A stretch of 64,000 bases of DNA from Azolla caroliniana. Taxonomy: Eukaryota > Plantae > Polypodiophyta. The notes under the pieces are model-generated. The model did not search any database and was not told the origin of the DNA. It saw nothing but the letters and a program-made list of their open reading frames with translations. Within the stretch, counting starts at the first letter, position 1. Every line of letters begins with the position of its first letter. Made by a program: the position numbers and the translations under genes. Below, piece after piece: positions 60,901 through 64,000 of the stretch. Location of the stretch: assembly GCA_043228905.1 (NCBI GenBank), contig JBHGNT010000020.1, positions 11,284,001 to 11,348,000 on the forward strand, read 5' to 3'.

Positions 60901-63900
60901 CTACATAAGCTTCATCTGCCGAGTCTTTGGCGAAAGACTTTTTCCGAGTTGCTTCAGTCAAGATTGCACTCGTGATTTCGGAGTACTTAATGGCAGTTGT
61001 TGAAGCATTGCACACGGTTGTGATGAAAGTTTCCCAAGAGGAGGGGAGACTACTCATGAGTATCATTGCTCTGAGTTCATCCTCTATTGTCGTCCCCTGA
61101 GACGATATTTCGGAGCTTAGGCTTTCGTACTCATTGAGGTGTGCCTGAACCGAATCGGATTCTTTCATCTGCAAGTTGTAGAGGTGTCGGATCAGATACA
61201 TCTTAGTTGCAGCGACCTTCTTTTCATAAGTTTCCGACAGTGTTTTCCAAAGTTCAAAAGTTGTCGAGCATGATTGCATTGTGAAGTACACTGACTCCGA
61301 CAAGTGCATCCGAATCGTGGCTCGGACGATTCTTTCCAACTTTAGCCACTCGTTTGCCTTGTATGCTTCTAGAGGATTTTCATTCTCAATCGGGTCTATC
61401 TGACCCTTGACTATGAGATAGTCCTGCATTTGTTCCTTCTAGAAGTTGAAGTTCGAACCGTCGAACCTCCTTAGACTCATCTCCGATGAGCCGGATGTTG
61501 ATGCCATCTGATTTTGCTTCAGATGACTATAGCGATGAGAGGGACGGATCCAACTAATCCTCCCGAATGTCGATTAGCCGAATAAAGCACGAATTTGGTT
61601 GTTGCCTGAAGACTGGTCTCAAGTGGTTACAGTAACGGGAACAGAGTACAGCCGGCTAGCGTACTCCAATTAGTGATTTAACACAGTGAGATGCAGACTT
61701 CTTGTTTGTCTTCTCTCTTCTCTGTTCTTCAAGAAAAAAAACAGAAACAGAGTGTTGTGTGGTGTATTATGACGGCCAGCAACGGGTTGAAGAACCTTCG
61801 ACGCTCTGATACCAAATGTTGGGGACAAGGTCGTCAATGCGGAAGAACAAACAACATCTGTGATGTTGAAGGACCTGTGTATGAGAATATACAAGATACA
61901 CACACACACACACACAGGTAGGCACAAAGAAACATTTTATTTCTTAATAGCAACAGTTACAAATGACAACCAACCACCACTAAAGGTTACAAAGTCACTT
62001 TATATAGTGACTATCCTAGGGCAACTGCCCTTTATGCTATTTACAGAAATAGCCCAAACTTGGGCTATCCAAAGGGACAGTGTGAATACGACCATTATAC
62101 ACTCATATTCGACACGAACTTCATTACTTCCTAGGAATCAAGGTCATTCGAACCGGCACCGGCATCATGCTCTCCTAATGCCACCACATATAGAATCTTC
62201 TATTCAAGTTCGGCATGATGGACCACAAGCCAATCTTGACTCCCATCGACCCCAAATTGAACTCTAGCACACCATGTGAGCCGACTCAATATTGGCAAAT
62301 CATCGGGAGTCTCATCTACCTAACTATCACCTGACCCAACCTGAGCTATCCGGTCGGCCTACTTAGCCTATTTATGTAAACACCATGAGACACATATTTG
62401 CATTGTGCTAAGCAAATCTTACGATATGTTAGTAGGAGCATGGATTAGGGAACTTCGACAAGGAGTGAGCAATTATTCATCTAGAAGTATGCACAGATGC
62501 ATATTGGGTTGGCAGTGTATCCAATCGACGGGCAACTTCTAGCTTCGTCTTCTCACTCAAAAGCGGAGAAATCTCATGGAGTAGCAAGAAGCAACATACA
62601 GTTGTTCTATCGAGCCTTGAAGCCGAATACAGGGGCACAACCTTAGCCACCTACGAAGCCATTTGGTTGAAGTGACTACATGTAAAGGACTTTAATGAAT
62701 CGGTCGTCGAACTTATATGTATCTTCTACGACAATCAAAGCAACATTCAGCTAGCCCGAAATCCGATATTTAATGCACGAACAAAACACGTAGAGGTACA
62801 CTAACACTATGTTCGAGAGCACATCATTGATGCAGATATTGATATTCTCCACATCAGCATTGACCTACAGACGGCCGATATCTTCACCAAGGCCTTAGGA
62901 GCAGACAAGCTTCAACAGTTTTCATTAGCACTCAGCCTTCGACCACTCAACACTACAAGCCTTCGTCACCGGCTTGAGGGGGAGGAACCAAAACTACCGA
63001 CTGGAAATGCTGAAAGCTTAAAGTGGGACAGGAGTCGACACGAGTCAGAAGCCAAAAGCGAGCCGGAACCGGAAGCCGAACAAGACGTCGGAGTCAACAC
63101 ACTTGAGCTTGAAGGGGCGTGTTGAGATATCAAGCTCAACTAGGTTTAGTTATTTTGTCAATTATATAACTTAATATTTACATAAGTAGAATCTAGTTAG
63201 TGTGTTGACTTTAAGCCCTTAAATAGGATTTTGCACTTGTACTTAAGTGGGATACATTCTAGATCCTCCACTCTCAAGTTCATTTAATATAGGACTTATA
63301 TCCTTGTACCTATATTCTCCTCACACGTGCACTCTTGCACATGAGATGTATATATACCTTCATTGTGGGCATTTTTGTAACTTGATGATGCTTATTAATA
63401 TAGAGAAAGGTCTTTAAGCTATACTCTTGTTAATCATCCCCCATAGTGTTCCTAAGTGTAACTTCCTCTTTCACACGTGCATCCACATACACACACATAT
63501 ATCACATAGTCTTCCATTGCTTAACCACATACGTGATTAACTACTCACATAATTTGATACTAGTTAACCCTTAGTCAAGTACCTAATTATTAACACATGC
63601 TCTAATATAGAAATAAAATTTTACAACACATCTCAACGTAAATTAGGCACTTTTACTTCAAAAATGCTTGAAATTCGGGCATTGACTTCCAAGGGGCAAT
63701 GTAAACCAAATATTATTAAAGAAAACAAGAAAGTGAGACAAAAGTATGTCTTGTTGTTCTTTTGCTCTAAATGTAACTTTAAACAAAACTTTCCGAGACC
63801 TTGTATACATCTTCAACACTATATGTCCCCCATTATTGCATTAATCCTCTAGTAAACCCAATCTACCAATGGTATTTTCCATGTGAAGAAACAAATTATA

Positions 63901-64000
63901 CCTCCATCATAAAATATTCCGAAGGCTTTGAGGGTGTTCTTTTATGGTTCTCCACCTCTACAATATCCTTCAACTTTGTGTCAGCCAAATATCATTGTCA
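57574..64000 (+). repeat. Near-identical copy of 47820-54226 (LTR E, copia F copy at 58511-62114, 3' half of copia C with LTR 63120-63595, unique flank)
   Basis: ORF track repeats at offset 9774; only a longer (CT)n and one substitution (near 49238/59012) were noticed. Confidence 0.97.

Overview
Eukaryotic land-plant genomic DNA. The transposon repertoire (fungal-type chromovirus, RTE/RTEX-like LINEs) suggests a non-seed plant such as a fern or lycophyte; that is inference. Four spliced host genes: a Yip1/YIPF1-family gene (-, 3737-8094), a DUF218-type uncharacterised gene (+, 32005-35930), an HVA22/REEP-like gene (-, 37642-41002) and the 3' exons of a GDSL lipase (-, cut by a 100-N gap). Two nested retrotransposon blocks lie between them. 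Block 1 (about 8.9-29.4 kb) is a LINE interrupted by a tandem, RT-less Ty1/copia element, which itself carries a very young copia and a Ty3/gypsy chromovirus. Block 2 (42.3-53.8 kb) is a copia with four nested insertions. Positions 57574-64000 repeat 47820-54226 almost exactly across the gap, probably an assembly overlap. The most unusual object is the chromovirus at 19978-25481. It has no tRNA primer site but a 12-nt self-priming match to its predicted transcript start, a gag/pol slippery site with a pseudoknot, and a tRNA-derived Pol III promoter (A and B boxes) built antisense into both LTRs. Also notable: an array of decayed first-exon copies in the HVA22 intron and an apparent gene-conversion tract between the tandem copia units. 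All coordinates were read by eye; no searches were run.
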